The translations under genes and the position numbers were made by a program. DNA of 64,000 nucleotides from positions 364,808,001 through 364,872,000 of the forward strand of contig OZ024740.1 in the NCBI GenBank assembly GCA_964016885.1, read 5' to 3'. The first letter of the stretch is position 1. Each line of letters begins with the position of its first letter. This document shows positions 11,187 to 22,407 of this stretch, one piece after another. Below the pieces are notes generated by a model. The model saw nothing but the letters and a program-made list of their open reading frames with translations, was not told the DNA's origin and did not search any database. Origin of the DNA: Eledone cirrhosa. Its lineage: Eukaryota.

Positions 11187-11381
11187 GTATTAGGACAATA
11201 CGATGGGTTTATATCGATGTTGGTAATAGCAGCCAAAACCATCTAAATCAGCTCAACAATGATGGGGCAGTCAATATATTTTAATACATCTCTGAGTGGA
11301 TAATCTATTAATATATTGTATCCTTTCATTGAGATGTTTATGTATTAGAGACAGTTAACTTTATCTCTCTCTCTCTCTCTC

Positions 11382-11421
<40 letters not shown>

Positions 11422-11747
11422 ATATATGATATATATATATATATATATGATATATATGATATATATATATATATATATATATAAATATATCATCATCATC
11501 ATCGTTTAACGTCCATCTTCCACGGTTGCATGGGTTTGGACGGGAATATATATATATATATATATATACATATAATTGAATATAAAAGAAAAACGAACAC
11601 AGATATATACATATATGTGTTCAAATTGCAAAGGACCAGATTCGCTAAGGTGAAAAGAATACTAACTATAGACAATAGGGTTTGCCTGTCTCAATTTAAG
11701 AATAAATCAAGAAAATAAATACAAACCAGAATTGTGGTAACTACCAA

Positions 11748-11825
11748 TCACCCAGACAGCTATTGGTGCTGTTTTGCAATATTAATTGTGAATAGGAAAT
11801 CCAATTCTTGCTCATCAGTGGGTGA
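11748..11825 (-). ncRNA. Mirror hammerhead copy with core mutation GAAA>AAAA (probably inactive)
   Basis: Same fold as 12145-12222; + strand T at 11775 where C is expected. Confidence 0.8.
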
Positions 11826-12144
11826 AGAAATTAGTATCTTACACACTTCTAAGTATATTAAGAAACTGTATAGTGTGCTATATATAATAACACACATGGT
11901 ATCTTAGCATGTCTCACAAACTTACACCACTAAAAATAGCAGCCAGGTTTATTCGACATTTGAATTAGCTCAACAAATTAACGGAGAAAAATATATCAAA
12001 GGTATATTGAGTTATGAATATATATGGCTACTATTTTTAGTGGTATAAGTTTGTGAGACATGCTAAGATACCATGTGCATTATTATATATAACACACTAT
12101 TCAGTTTCTTAATATACTTAGAAGTGTCTAGGATACTAATTTTT

Positions 12145-12222
12145 TCACCCACTGATGAGCAAGAATTGGATTTCCTATTCCCAATTAATATTGCGAAACA
12201 GCACCAATAGCTGTCTGGGTGA
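12145..12222 (+). ncRNA. Canonical type I hammerhead ribozyme
   Basis: UCACCCA-CUGAUGA-GCAA.AAUUGG...CCAAUU..UUGC-GAAA-CAGC(ACCAAUA)GCUG-UC-UGGGUGA; predicted cleavage after 12215. Confidence 0.9.
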
Positions 12223-12644
12223 TTGGTAGTTACCACAATTCTGGTTTGTATTTATTTTCTTGATTTATTCTTAAATTGAGACAGGCAAACCCTATTGTCT
12301 ATAGTTAGTATTCTTTTCACCTTAGCGAATCTGGTCCTTTGCGAATTGAACACATATATGTATATATCTGTGTTCGTTTTTCTTTTATATTCAATTATAA
12401 TATATGGCTCGGAAAAATCTCTTTCTTAGAGCTATTTTATTGTAAGAGACTATTTTGAGTTTATAACTCAATATATACCTTTGATATATACATATATATA
12501 TATATATATATATGTATATGTATGTATGTATGTATAAATAGTTTTTTGATTCCAGAGTTGGACCCAATTGATAGAGATCGAACCTTGAGCCAATCAATCA
12601 CAAAACGCATGTCACACCTGAGAAAATTTAATGAAAATTTGACA

Positions 12645-12736
12645 CCTTAACTTTGCCTTTCATCCTTACAGGACCGATAAAATAAGGTACACTGGGGTAA
12701 TTGCTGGCCTTGTGCCAAAAGTAGAAACAATTATTA
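12645..12736 (+). mobile_element. SINE 3' half (same family as 29371-29572)
   Basis: TTAACTTTGCCTTTCATCCTTAC..GATAAAATAA..TTGCTGGCCTTGTGCCAAAAGTAGAAACAATTATT. Confidence 0.8.
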
Positions 12737-12752
12737 ATTATATATATATATA

Positions 12753-13204
12753 TCATCATCATCATCATCGTTTAACGTCCATGTTCCACGCTTGCATGGG
12801 TCTGGACGGGAGTTTTCCCACTTGAGGCAAGAGTGGTTGTCTTGCTCGTATAGGACTGTCTGGCGGGTTTTCTACGGCTGGATGCCCTTCCTAACACCAA
12901 CCACATTTACAGTGTGGACTGGGAGGTTTTTACTGTTACCTACACGGCCACATTACAGCGTGGACTGTGTTTTTTTTTTTGTGACACCTACACGACCTCA
13001 TTTATTTCGGACTGGATGTTGTGGTACCAACATGACTTTACATTGAAAGGGGTGGTGTGGATGGGGTGGTGGGGCGGGGGTGTATTTTTGTTAGAGGTGC
13101 CTACTGACTGTAGGTTTCGCTTTGTACTTAGGCAAGGCGGGTCTTCTGTATTACTATGTAGCGCCAAAGATCTCAGTCCAGTGTCATTGTCTTGGAGAGG
13201 TGTG
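12753..13204 (-). mobile_element. RTE family B 3' fragment
   Basis: Reverse complement of ~18485-18949 including (GAT)n tail. Confidence 0.9.
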
Positions 13205-13269
13205 TCTAAGGATATTTATATATATATATATAAATATATATATATATTATATTATATATATATATATAT

Positions 13270-13362
<93 letters not shown>

Positions 13363-13731
13363 TTATATATATATATATATATATTAAATTATGCCCAAAA
13401 TTTTTTCTCGATTCTTCTCTCCATTCGAACCCATTCATTCAATCACTTCTATGTCCTAAATTCACACTATATCATATTTTCACCATTATATATCATATCT
13501 TTTCTCTAAAAATCATATTTTCCCTATCACCGCATTTTCTCTATCGTAATTTCTTAAACAAAACAAATCTTGTATTTTCGTTTATTGTTAAATCATGCCC
13601 AAAATACGGCGATCTTATCTTAAACCTTACATTCTCGCTAACAACCCATCATCCCTCCCTCCCGCCCCCACGCACCACCATTATTACGTGGACCAATCAT
13701 AAGTCAGAGGCCCATACTATCGCTTAACTGG

Positions 13732-16700
13732 TTGCTTTTCGATATGATGGATGGACTACGGAATTCTGGAGAGTTGAAGAGAGAAAAATGTGGACACTCA
13801 GCGACAATGCCAAAGATAAAGCCAAATTCACCTCGTGGACGAGAATGCAAGCACTCCTCCTTGTTTCGGCCCAGGATGGCTAACATAACCCCATCCCCCC
13901 CCGCGCCCAACCGCTCCCACCCTCCAAACGCAATCCAAAACTTCAGAGTTGGTACCATGAATGTAGGCACCTTAAAGGGTCGCTCTAACGAGGTTGTAGA
14001 AATGCTTGAACGTAAGGAGGTCGATGTTTGTTGTATTCAAGAGACCAGGTGGAGGGGAGGGTCGGCTAGATTCATCGTGGGTAAAGAGCGATGCTATAAG
14101 CTTTTCTGGGTGGGAAATGACAATGGGTTGGGTGGGGTAGGAATCATGGTAGCAGAAAAGTGGGCAGATAAGATAATAGACGTAAATAGAGTGAACGACA
14201 GAATAATTAAAATAAGACTTGTCCTCAATAAAACTACGGTGACAGTAATATCTGCGTACGCACCCCAATCCGGACTGCCCCGCGCTATAAAAGACAGATT
14301 CTACGAGACACTGATGCTCGCTACCTCCCAAATAACCGACAGTGACTATATAGTTATTGCAGGCGACCTAAATGGTCACGTTGGACAACATTGTGACGGC
14401 TATGACGGAATCCATGGAGGCTATGGGTTTGGTACTAGAAATGAGGAAGGCTCCAGAATCCTGGAATTCTGCGACGCAAATAACTTAACTATCTGTAACA
14501 CTAACTTCAAAAAACGAGACAATCACTTGATCACCTATAGATCGGGGGAACACACAAGCCAGGTAGATTATATCCTTACCAGAAGACGTGACAGAGTGTC
14601 TGTTGTTAACACTAAATCCCACCCCCATGAAGAATTCACCTCCCAACATAGACTGATAATTAGCGACCTCATAGTCAGGACGAGACGTACTAGACAGCGA
14701 AAGAGGACTATCCTCAGGAGAAAAATATGGAAGCTAAAGGACCCCATAGCCAGAAATAAATTTCAAAGCAAATTACTTGACGCTTTCGACAGTAAGGAAG
14801 AGCAATTAGAGTCGTATAATATAGAGGAACAGTGGAAATTCCTGAGAGCAAACCTGCTGACGGCGGCAGACGAAGTCTGTGGCTGGAGCAGGCCTGTAGG
14901 TAGGAGGAGAGTAACATGGTGGTGGAACAGTAAGGTGGAGGAGTCAATTAAGGCCAAAAAGCAGGCTTGGAAAGTATGGCGGGATGGGGGAAGTAGAGAA
15001 GACTATCAAGTGGCCAGGAGGGAAGCTAGGAGACAAGTGTACTTCGCAAGAAGGGAAGCAGAGGAAAGAAAGTTCAAGCATGTTCTACAACGTGAGGACC
15101 AAAAACGTGAGGTGTTCAGGATTGCCAGGCAATGTGTCAAGGAAAACCGTGATATTGTCGGGGAGAAGTGTGTACTTAACGATGATGGCATACTTGCCAT
15201 CACCGACGCTGATAAGAAGGTAGCTTGGAAGTGTCACTACGAAAGGCTTCTAAATGAGGAGAACAAATGGGAGAAAGACAGTCTCCCCCAGATCGATCCA
15301 ATAGAGGGACCAGCAGTGTTAGTTGAAGGTAGTATAATAAGTAAGGCAATCAAAGATATGAAGACGGGTAAGGCGGCTGGGCCTTCGGAAATAGTTGCTG
15401 AGATGCTGAAGGCATCTGGTTCGGTGGGACACACCATGGTCACCCGGATAGTTAACCAAGTCGTACAGAATGGGGTTGTTCCGAAGGAATGGCATAGCAG
15501 CATCATCGTTAACTGCTATAAGGGAAAAGGAGATGCCCTAGATAGGAGTAACTATAGAGGCATTAAATTAATCGACCAGGTCATGAAGGTCACGGAAAAA
15601 GTAATAGCGCAACTAATCAGAGAGAGAATTGATCTAGATGAAATGCAGTTCGGGTTTGTGTCAGGCAAAAGTACCACAGACGCTCTTTTCATTGTACGAC
15701 AACTACAGGAGAAGTACCTAGCTAAAAGTAAACCCCTATACTTAGCTTTTGTCGACTTGGAGAAAGCCTTCGACAGAGTCCCCCGTTCCATTATCTGGTG
15801 GTCTCTTAGAAAACTAGGTGTTGACGAATGGCTTGTGAGAGCTATACAAGCCATGTATAAAGAAACAGTCAGTAAGGTTAGAATTAACAACGAATATAGT
15901 GAAGAGTTTAGCGTAAAAGTTGGTGTCCATCAGGGCTCTGTACTTAGCCCCCTACTATTTATTATTGCCCTTCAGGCTATAACAGAGGAGTTCAAGACCG
16001 GCTGCCCATGGGAACTCCTATACGCAGATGATCTAACGCTCATAGCTGAATCAATGACCGAACTAGAGAAGAAATTCCAAACGTGGAAGCACGGCCTAGA
16101 ATCAAAAGGCCTTAAAATTAACCTGGCTAAGACTAAAGTTCTAGTTTGTAGGAAAGAAAATAAGGCGGCGGTCCCATCGGGGAAATGGCCATGCTCAGTG
16201 TGTAGGAAAGGCGTAGGTAGAAACTCCATTTTATGTCCCAAATGCAAAGTATGGGTGCATAAAAGATGTAGTGGGATCACAGGTAAGCTAACTAAGAACA
16301 TAGATTTTACATGTGGCCGGTGCTCTGGTGCAATAAGTAGCAGCAAGTGCCCACAAAATACTAGCTCCTTCAACTGCGCAGAGGGTTCTATAGAAATAGT
16401 GGACAGCTTCCATTATCTGGGTGACAAAATCAGCAGTGGGGGAGGGTGCTCTGAAAGTACAGTAGCTAGAGTCAGAACTGGATGGAAAAAGTTCAGAGAG
16501 CTTATACCACTATTAGCCGCTAGAGGGTTCTCCCTAAAAATGAAAGGCAGGTTATACGATGCCTGCATACGAACAGCAATGCTGCATGGCAGTGAGACCT
16601 GGGCATTGTGTGCAGAGGATATACGCAGACTAGAGAGGAACGAAGCTTGCATGCTCCGCTGGATGTGCAATAGTAATATACGTGAACGGCAAAGCATAAA

Positions 16701-16977
16701 CGAACTAAGGAAAAAATTAGAAATAAGAGGGATCAGATGTTGTTTACTCGAGAGAAGGCTACGTTGGTACGGTCACGTGATGCGCATGAAAGACGACAGC
16801 TGTATAACAAAGTGCAGGGCAATAAAGATAGAAGGTAGCCACGGAGTAGGCAGACCCAGAAAAACATGGGACGAGCTGATAAATTCCGACCTCACACGCT
16901 TACACCTCTCCAAGACAATGTCACTGGACCGAGACCTTTGGCGGTACTCAGTAATAGAGAAGACCCGCCTTACCTAA
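13732..16977 (+). CDS. RTE ORF: AP endonuclease + reverse transcriptase + PHD finger + C-terminal domain (first ATG at 13744)
   Basis: APE motifs GTMNV, IQETRW, SAYAP, GDLNGH, QVDYIL, SQHR; RT motifs YRGIKL, QFGF, DLEKAFD, QGSVLSP, YADD, YLG; CxxC-CxxC-HxxC-CxxC; 1081 aa uninterrupted. Confidence 0.95.
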   Translation: MLFDMMDGLRNSGELKREKCGHSATMPKIKPNSPRGRECKHSSLFRPRMANITPSPPAPNRSHPPNAIQNFRVGTMNVGTLKGRSNEVVEMLERKEVDVCCIQETRWRGGSARFIVGKERCYKLFWVGNDNGLGGVGIMVAEKWADKIIDVNRVNDRIIKIRLVLNKTTVTVISAYAPQSGLPRAIKDRFYETLMLATSQITDSDYIVIAGDLNGHVGQHCDGYDGIHGGYGFGTRNEEGSRILEFCDANNLTICNTNFKKRDNHLITYRSGEHTSQVDYILTRRRDRVSVVNTKSHPHEEFTSQHRLIISDLIVRTRRTRQRKRTILRRKIWKLKDPIARNKFQSKLLDAFDSKEEQLESYNIEEQWKFLRANLLTAADEVCGWSRPVGRRRVTWWWNSKVEESIKAKKQAWKVWRDGGSREDYQVARREARRQVYFARREAEERKFKHVLQREDQKREVFRIARQCVKENRDIVGEKCVLNDDGILAITDADKKVAWKCHYERLLNEENKWEKDSLPQIDPIEGPAVLVEGSIISKAIKDMKTGKAAGPSEIVAEMLKASGSVGHTMVTRIVNQVVQNGVVPKEWHSSIIVNCYKGKGDALDRSNYRGIKLIDQVMKVTEKVIAQLIRERIDLDEMQFGFVSGKSTTDALFIVRQLQEKYLAKSKPLYLAFVDLEKAFDRVPRSIIWWSLRKLGVDEWLVRAIQAMYKETVSKVRINNEYSEEFSVKVGVHQGSVLSPLLFIIALQAITEEFKTGCPWELLYADDLTLIAESMTELEKKFQTWKHGLESKGLKINLAKTKVLVCRKENKAAVPSGKWPCSVCRKGVGRNSILCPKCKVWVHKRCSGITGKLTKNIDFTCGRCSGAISSSKCPQNTSSFNCAEGSIEIVDSFHYLGDKISSGGGCSESTVARVRTGWKKFRELIPLLAARGFSLKMKGRLYDACIRTAMLHGSETWALCAEDIRRLERNEACMLRWMCNSNIRERQSINELRKKLEIRGIRCCLLERRLRWYGHVMRMKDDSCITKCRAIKIEGSHGVGRPRKTWDELINSDLTRLHLSKTMSLDRDLWRYSVIEKTRLT

Positions 16978-17145
16978 ATACAAAGTAAAAACCTACTACA
17001 GTCAGTAGGCACCTCTATCAAAACGCACCCCCGTCCCACCACCTCCACCCCACCCACACCGCCCCTTTCAATGTAAAGTTATGTTGGTCCCACAACATCC
17101 AGGCCGAAACAAATGAGATCGTGTAGGTGTCACGACAAAAAACAC

Positions 17146-17370
17146 ACAGTCCACGCTGTAAATGTGGCCGTGTAGGCAACACGGTAAAAACCTCCCAGCC
17201 CCACACTGTAAATGTGGTTGGTGTTAGGAAGGGCATCCAGCTGTAGAAAACCCGCCAGACAGTCCACGCTGTAATGTGGCCGTGTAGGCAACACGGTAAA
17301 AACCTCCCAGCCCCACACTGTAAATGTGGTTGGTGTTAGGAAGGGCATCCAACTGTAGAAAACCCGCCAG
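17146..17370 (+). repeat. 113/112 bp tandem duplication within the RTE 3' UTR
   Basis: Unit ACAGTCCACGCTGT...CCCGCCAG occurs twice; single in sibling copies at 18.7 kb and 27.7 kb. Confidence 0.9.
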
Positions 17371-17534
17371 ACAGTCCTATGCGAGCAAGACAACCACTCT
17401 TGCCTCAAGTGGGAAAACCCCCGTCCAAACCCATGCAAGCTTGGAACACGGACGCTAAACCTGATGATGATGATGATGATGATGATATATTATATATATA
17501 TATATTATATATATATATTATATATATATCTTAT

Positions 17535-17576
<42 letters not shown>

Positions 17577-17653
17577 ATATTATATATATATATAATATAT
17601 ATATATATTATATATATATATATAATATATATATATATTATATATATGTTATA

Positions 17654-17700
17654 TGCCTTGAAAAGTCCCACCATGTGGTCGGACGAAATGGCTGTCGGCA
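17654..17700 (+). ncRNA. Minimal type I hammerhead, U3-A8 variant
   Basis: UGCC-UUGAAAA-GUCC(CACCAUGUGGUC)GGAC-GAAA-UGGCUG-UC-GGCA. Confidence 0.7.
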
Positions 17701-17915
17701 ATAAACTTGTTATAATGTCATAATAGTTCCTTTGTTTTTTTTCACTAATATTTCTGCTCTGCATATACGCATAGAGCTTAACTAGCTACTGTCACATATT
17801 TGGTAGGTCAGACGTGATCATCGCGATTCACATACGACCTACCATACATCTTACTTATATATTATATATATATATAATATATATATATTATATATATATG
17901 TATATATATATATAT

Positions 17916-18949
17916 ATAAGTAGCAGCAAGTGTCCACTGAATACTAGCTCATTCCATTGCACAGAAGGTTATATAGAAATAGTGGACAGCTTCCGTTACC
18001 TGGGTGACAAAATCAGCAGTGGGGGAGGGTGCTCTGAAAGTACAGTAGCTAGAGTCAGAACTGGATGGAAAAAGTTCAGAGAGCTTATACCACTATTAGC
18101 CGCTAAAGGGTTCTCCCTAAAAATGAAAGGCAGGCTGTATGATGCCTGCATATGAACAGCAATGTTACATGGCAGTAAAACCTGGGCATTGTGTGCAGAG
18201 GATATACGTAGACTGGAGAGAAACGAAGCTTGCATGCTCTGCTGGATGTGTTATAGTAATATACGTGAACGGCAAAGCATAAACGAACTAAGGGAAAAAT
18301 TAGAAATAAGAGGGATCAGATGTTGTTTACTCAAGAGAAGACTACGTTGGTACGGTCACGTGATGCGCATGAAAGACGACAGCTGTATAAACAAGTGCAG
18401 GGCAATAAAAATAGACGGTAGCCACGGAGTAGGCAGACCCAGAAAAACCTGGGACGACTTGATAAATTCCAACCTCACACACTTACACCTCTCCAAGACA
18501 ATGTCACTGGACCGAGATCTTTGGCGCTACACAGTAATAGAGAAGACCCGCCTTACCTAAGTACAAAGTGAAACCTACTACAGTCAGTAGGCACCTCTAA
18601 CAAAATACACCCCCGTCCCACTACCCCCACCCCATCCACACCACCCCTTTCAATGTAAAGTTATGTTGGTACAACAACATCCAGCCCGAAACAAATGAGG
18701 TCGTGTAGGTGTCACAACAAAAAAACAGTCCACGCTGTAATGTGGCCGTGTAGGTAACACGGTAAAAACCTCCCAGTCCACACTGTAAACGTGGTTGGTG
18801 TTAGGAAGGGCATCCAGCCGTAGAAAACCCGCCAGACAGTCCTATGCAAGCAAGACAACCACTCTTGCCTCAAATGGGAAAACTCCCGTCCAAACCCATG
18901 CAAGCGTGGAATATGGACGTTAAACGATGATGATGATGATGATGATGAT
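17916..18949 (+). mobile_element. 5'-truncated RTE family B copy
   Basis: High similarity to 16333-17486; CGA>TGA stop at 18153. Confidence 0.92.
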
Positions 18950-19151
18950 ATATATAATTAATAATTGTTTCTAATTTTGGTACGCTCTCATCAGATAAAA
19001 TACAAAAGTTGTTTTATAAATGTTGACATACCCAAGAAACCAGACCTTATCGGTTCAGATTCAGTTTGATATTATACTCCAGAAAACTTGTTATAAATAA
19101 ATCTGTTATAAATAAATTTGTTGAATAACTAACAAATTAAATATCTCTTTG

Positions 19152-19225
<74 letters not shown>

Positions 19226-19980
19226 AGTCCTGGCTTCACTCGAGGGTAACCACAGTAAGTAAGGTACTCAATAGATTAGTAGAGTATATGCAACAAAATT
19301 TAATATAGAAATAGCTTCTACAGGACTAGAACTGTTTCATTCACAGGAAAAAATCAGGAAAACCCAACTTATATATATTATATGGTTGTTTTGGGAAGCC
19401 TCTACAATGCAGATACATAAATCTAGAGGTAACAAAATCGGATGACAGTAGGAAGAGGGGAGGAAGTAAGAAAAAGAAATGTAAAATTAAATGAAAGCCA
19501 GAGATGAAGTTACTTTCGAATCGATTTATTAGGCCCTATAATTTGGATTTCTTATCCATCACCAGGTCGGAGGTCTGAAGGAATTTTGGAGATTTGTCGC
19601 AGAGGAATCTATATGACTGTGTCCTGTTAGTATATGTGTTAGACTGACTGAAATAAGCAATATGAAATGAATATTCCCTATCTGGTATGTGCATGTGAAA
19701 TCAACGCAGTCATTCAAAGGTCGTCAAGGTTAGAAGTTGTCACTAAAGTGTGGGATGGGTGTAATATGCTAGAGTCCACATGTGAGTTTTATTGCCTCCT
19801 TGCATTCTGGTATTGGCTCTGGTTGATGTGGTAGGTAGGGTGGCAATAAATTAGGGACAGGCCCAGCATAGAAGGACTGTCTGTCCATTTGTTTGTATAC
19901 AGGCAGTCCGAAGCATTAAGACCCTCTTCCTGCTATTTCAAGCATTAACCTAATATATTCCTTCCATATACTGTACTTAT
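19226..19980 (-). mobile_element. Probable decayed PLE terminal region
   Basis: Degenerate hammerhead on minus strand at ~19317-19365 (CUGAU..GAAACAG..CUGUA-GAAG); terminal motif shared with 3157-3220; microsatellite flanks. Confidence 0.4.
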
Positions 19981-20005
19981 TGTGTTGTTATTTCTGTTTA
20001 CCTTT

Positions 20006-20054
<49 letters not shown>

Positions 20055-20080
20055 GTGGCAGAAAGGATTTTAGCACATAC

Positions 20081-20111
<31 letters not shown>

Positions 20112-20160
20112 CATACACACATATATATATATATATACATATACATACACACACATATAT

Positions 20161-22347
20161 CATCATCATTCATCATCATCATTTTACGTCCGCTTTTCCC
20201 TGCTTGCAAGGGTGGGACGGGTCTTATTCAGCACAGCATCTCTCCACTCGTCACGGTCCCTCGTCATCTCCACCGTGAGCTTCAATGATCTGAGGTCTGT
20301 TCTCACCACCTCCGCCCATGTTTTTCGTGGTCTACCTCTACCACGTCTTCCTTCAACTGGCATTTCCTGGCACCTCTTCACCCATCGGTCATCCTCCATG
20401 CACATCACATGTCCATACCACCTCAGTCTCCTCTCCCGTACACTACATTCTATCCCTCTCAGACACAGTTTCTCTCTCAACACATTTATGCTGAGTCGTT
20501 CACGCACATTTACACTGCACATCCAACGGAGCATGCTTGCCTCATTTCTCTCCAGCCGTCGCATATCTTCTGCGTTAGCTGCCCATGTCTCACTACCATG
20601 CAGCATCGCGCTCCTCACACAGGCATCATACAACCGGCCTTTCGTACGTAGGGAGAAACCCTTCTTCGTCAACAGAGGAAGCAGCTCCCTAAACTTCTTC
20701 CAACCCGTCCTTATTCTAGATACTATGGCCTCGGAACACCCTCCTCCCATGCTAATCTGATCTCCTAGGTACCGGAAGCTATCCACCACTTCTATAGCGC
20801 CCTCTCGCATTTGAAAAATGTGTCTATCAGTGCGACTTCTACTGTCTAATTTCCCTGTACATCTACTGCATACATATTTCTCCCTACCTGTTAGTTTGCC
20901 TGCTATCCCGCTACATCTCTTGTGTACCCAGGACCTACATTGTGTGCATTTTATAGAATTTATGCCAGTTCCTTTTCTGCATATCGAACATGGCCATTTC
21001 CCTGATGGAATCAGGGTTTTGTCCTCTTTTCTACTCATCAACACTTTTGTCTTAGCTAGATTTACTCTCAGTCCTCTTGCTTCCAACTGCTGTTTCCATA
21101 GCCGGAATTTATTCTTTAGCTCCTCTACTGATTCTGCTATAAGAGCCAGATCGTCAGCATAGAGAAGTTCCCATGGACAGCCAGTCTTAAACTCCTCTGT
21201 TATGGCTTGGAGGACTATAATGAACAAGAGCGGGCTGAGGACCGAACCCTGATGTACTCCTACTTGTATCTGGAATTCCTCACTAAACTCCATTCCTACC
21301 CTGACTTTACTGACAGTACCTCTGTACAAAGTTTGCACTGTCCTTACAAGCCATTCCTCAACACCTAGCTTCCTTAGGGACCACCAGATGACAGATCGGG
21401 GTACCCTATCAAAGCCTTCTCTAGGTCAACAAAGGCTAAGTATAGTGGCTTATTCTTCTCTAAGAACCTCTCTTGCATTTGTCTCACCAAGAAGAGGGCA
21501 TCTGTTGTACTCTTCCCAGGCACAAAACCAAACTGCATCTAATCTAGTTTGACCCTTTCTCTAATTAGTTGTGCTAAAATCCTTTCTGCCACTTTCATAA
21601 CCTGATCTATCAGTTTTATACCCTATAATTGCTCCTCTCCAAAGCATCCCCTTTACGTTTGTAGCAATTTATGAGAATACTGCTGCACCAGTCTTTGGGT
21701 ATGACACCACCATATATAGCCTGATTGATGATGCGTGCAATCAGTTTAGTGCCTACGTCCCCTGATGCCTTCAGCATCTCAGCAACTATTCCCGATAGTC
21801 CGGCCACCTTACCATTTTTCATTTCCCTAATCGCCTCTTGGACCCTATATTCGTCAATCTCAATAGCTGGTCCCTCTGTCGGATCTACCAAGGGTAATTT
21901 CTCTCTCTCCCATTCGTTCTCCACATTCATCAGTCTCTCATAATGACATTTCCAGGCCTCCTTTTTCTGGTCATTCGTGACACTAAGTACACCGGCATCA
22001 TCCCGGACACATTTATCTCCAACAACATCCTGATTTGCACTGACACACTGCCTTGCAATGTGGAACACCGCACGCCTCTGATCTTCCCGTCGCAGAACAT
22101 TGGCAAACCTCCTACTCTCTGCCTCCCTGCGTGCTAAGTACACCTGACGTCTAGCTTCTCTCTTAGTGGCTGTATATTCTTCCCTACTCCCACCCTTTTT
22201 CCAAGCCTTCCATGCTAGTCTTTTGTCTCTAATAGCCTTATCTACTGTGCTGTTCCACCACCAGGTCACTCTCTGTCTGGTTGGAGCTCTGCTCCAGCCA
22301 CAGGTTTCATCAGTAGCCTGCAGCAAGTTGTCACGTAAGAACTTCCA
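20161..22347 (-). mobile_element. 5'-truncated RTE (family C) with frameshifts, RT + PHD + short 3' UTR
   Basis: ORF pieces 20184-21338 and 21616-22365 are homologous to the RTE ORF; apparent 1 nt deletions near 21410 and 21620. Confidence 0.92.
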
Positions 22348-22407
22348 TATATATATATAACCCATGCAAGCATGGAAAATAGATGTTAAACTATGATAAT
22401 GATGATG

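Larger units (their letters stand above)
11571..12488. mobile_element. PLE-type inverted pseudo-LTR (375 bp arms 11571-11945 / 12025-12399, plus ~90 nt right tail)
   Basis: Arms are near-identical reverse complements, each carrying a hammerhead; flanked by (TA)n. Confidence 0.85.
13700..17486 (+). mobile_element. Apparently full-length RTE-clade non-LTR retrotransposon (family B); 5' boundary uncertain (13385-13730)
   Basis: Single long ORF, ~480 nt 3' UTR, (GAT)n tail, embedded in TA-rich repeats. Confidence 0.9.

Noticed and set aside
13620-13895. HDV-like ribozyme in the RTE 5' UTR (TTC-ACCTCGT-GGA, CATTCTCG/CGAGAATG, GCTAA)
   Set aside because: Partial P3/L3 resemblance, but I could not build P1.1 (no GG after P1) or P2; needs an RNArobo/Infernal search
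18975-19000. Additional hammerhead cores (CTGATGA on minus strand here and at ~24218-24225)
   Set aside because: No convincing GAAA, stem III or stem I could be assembled
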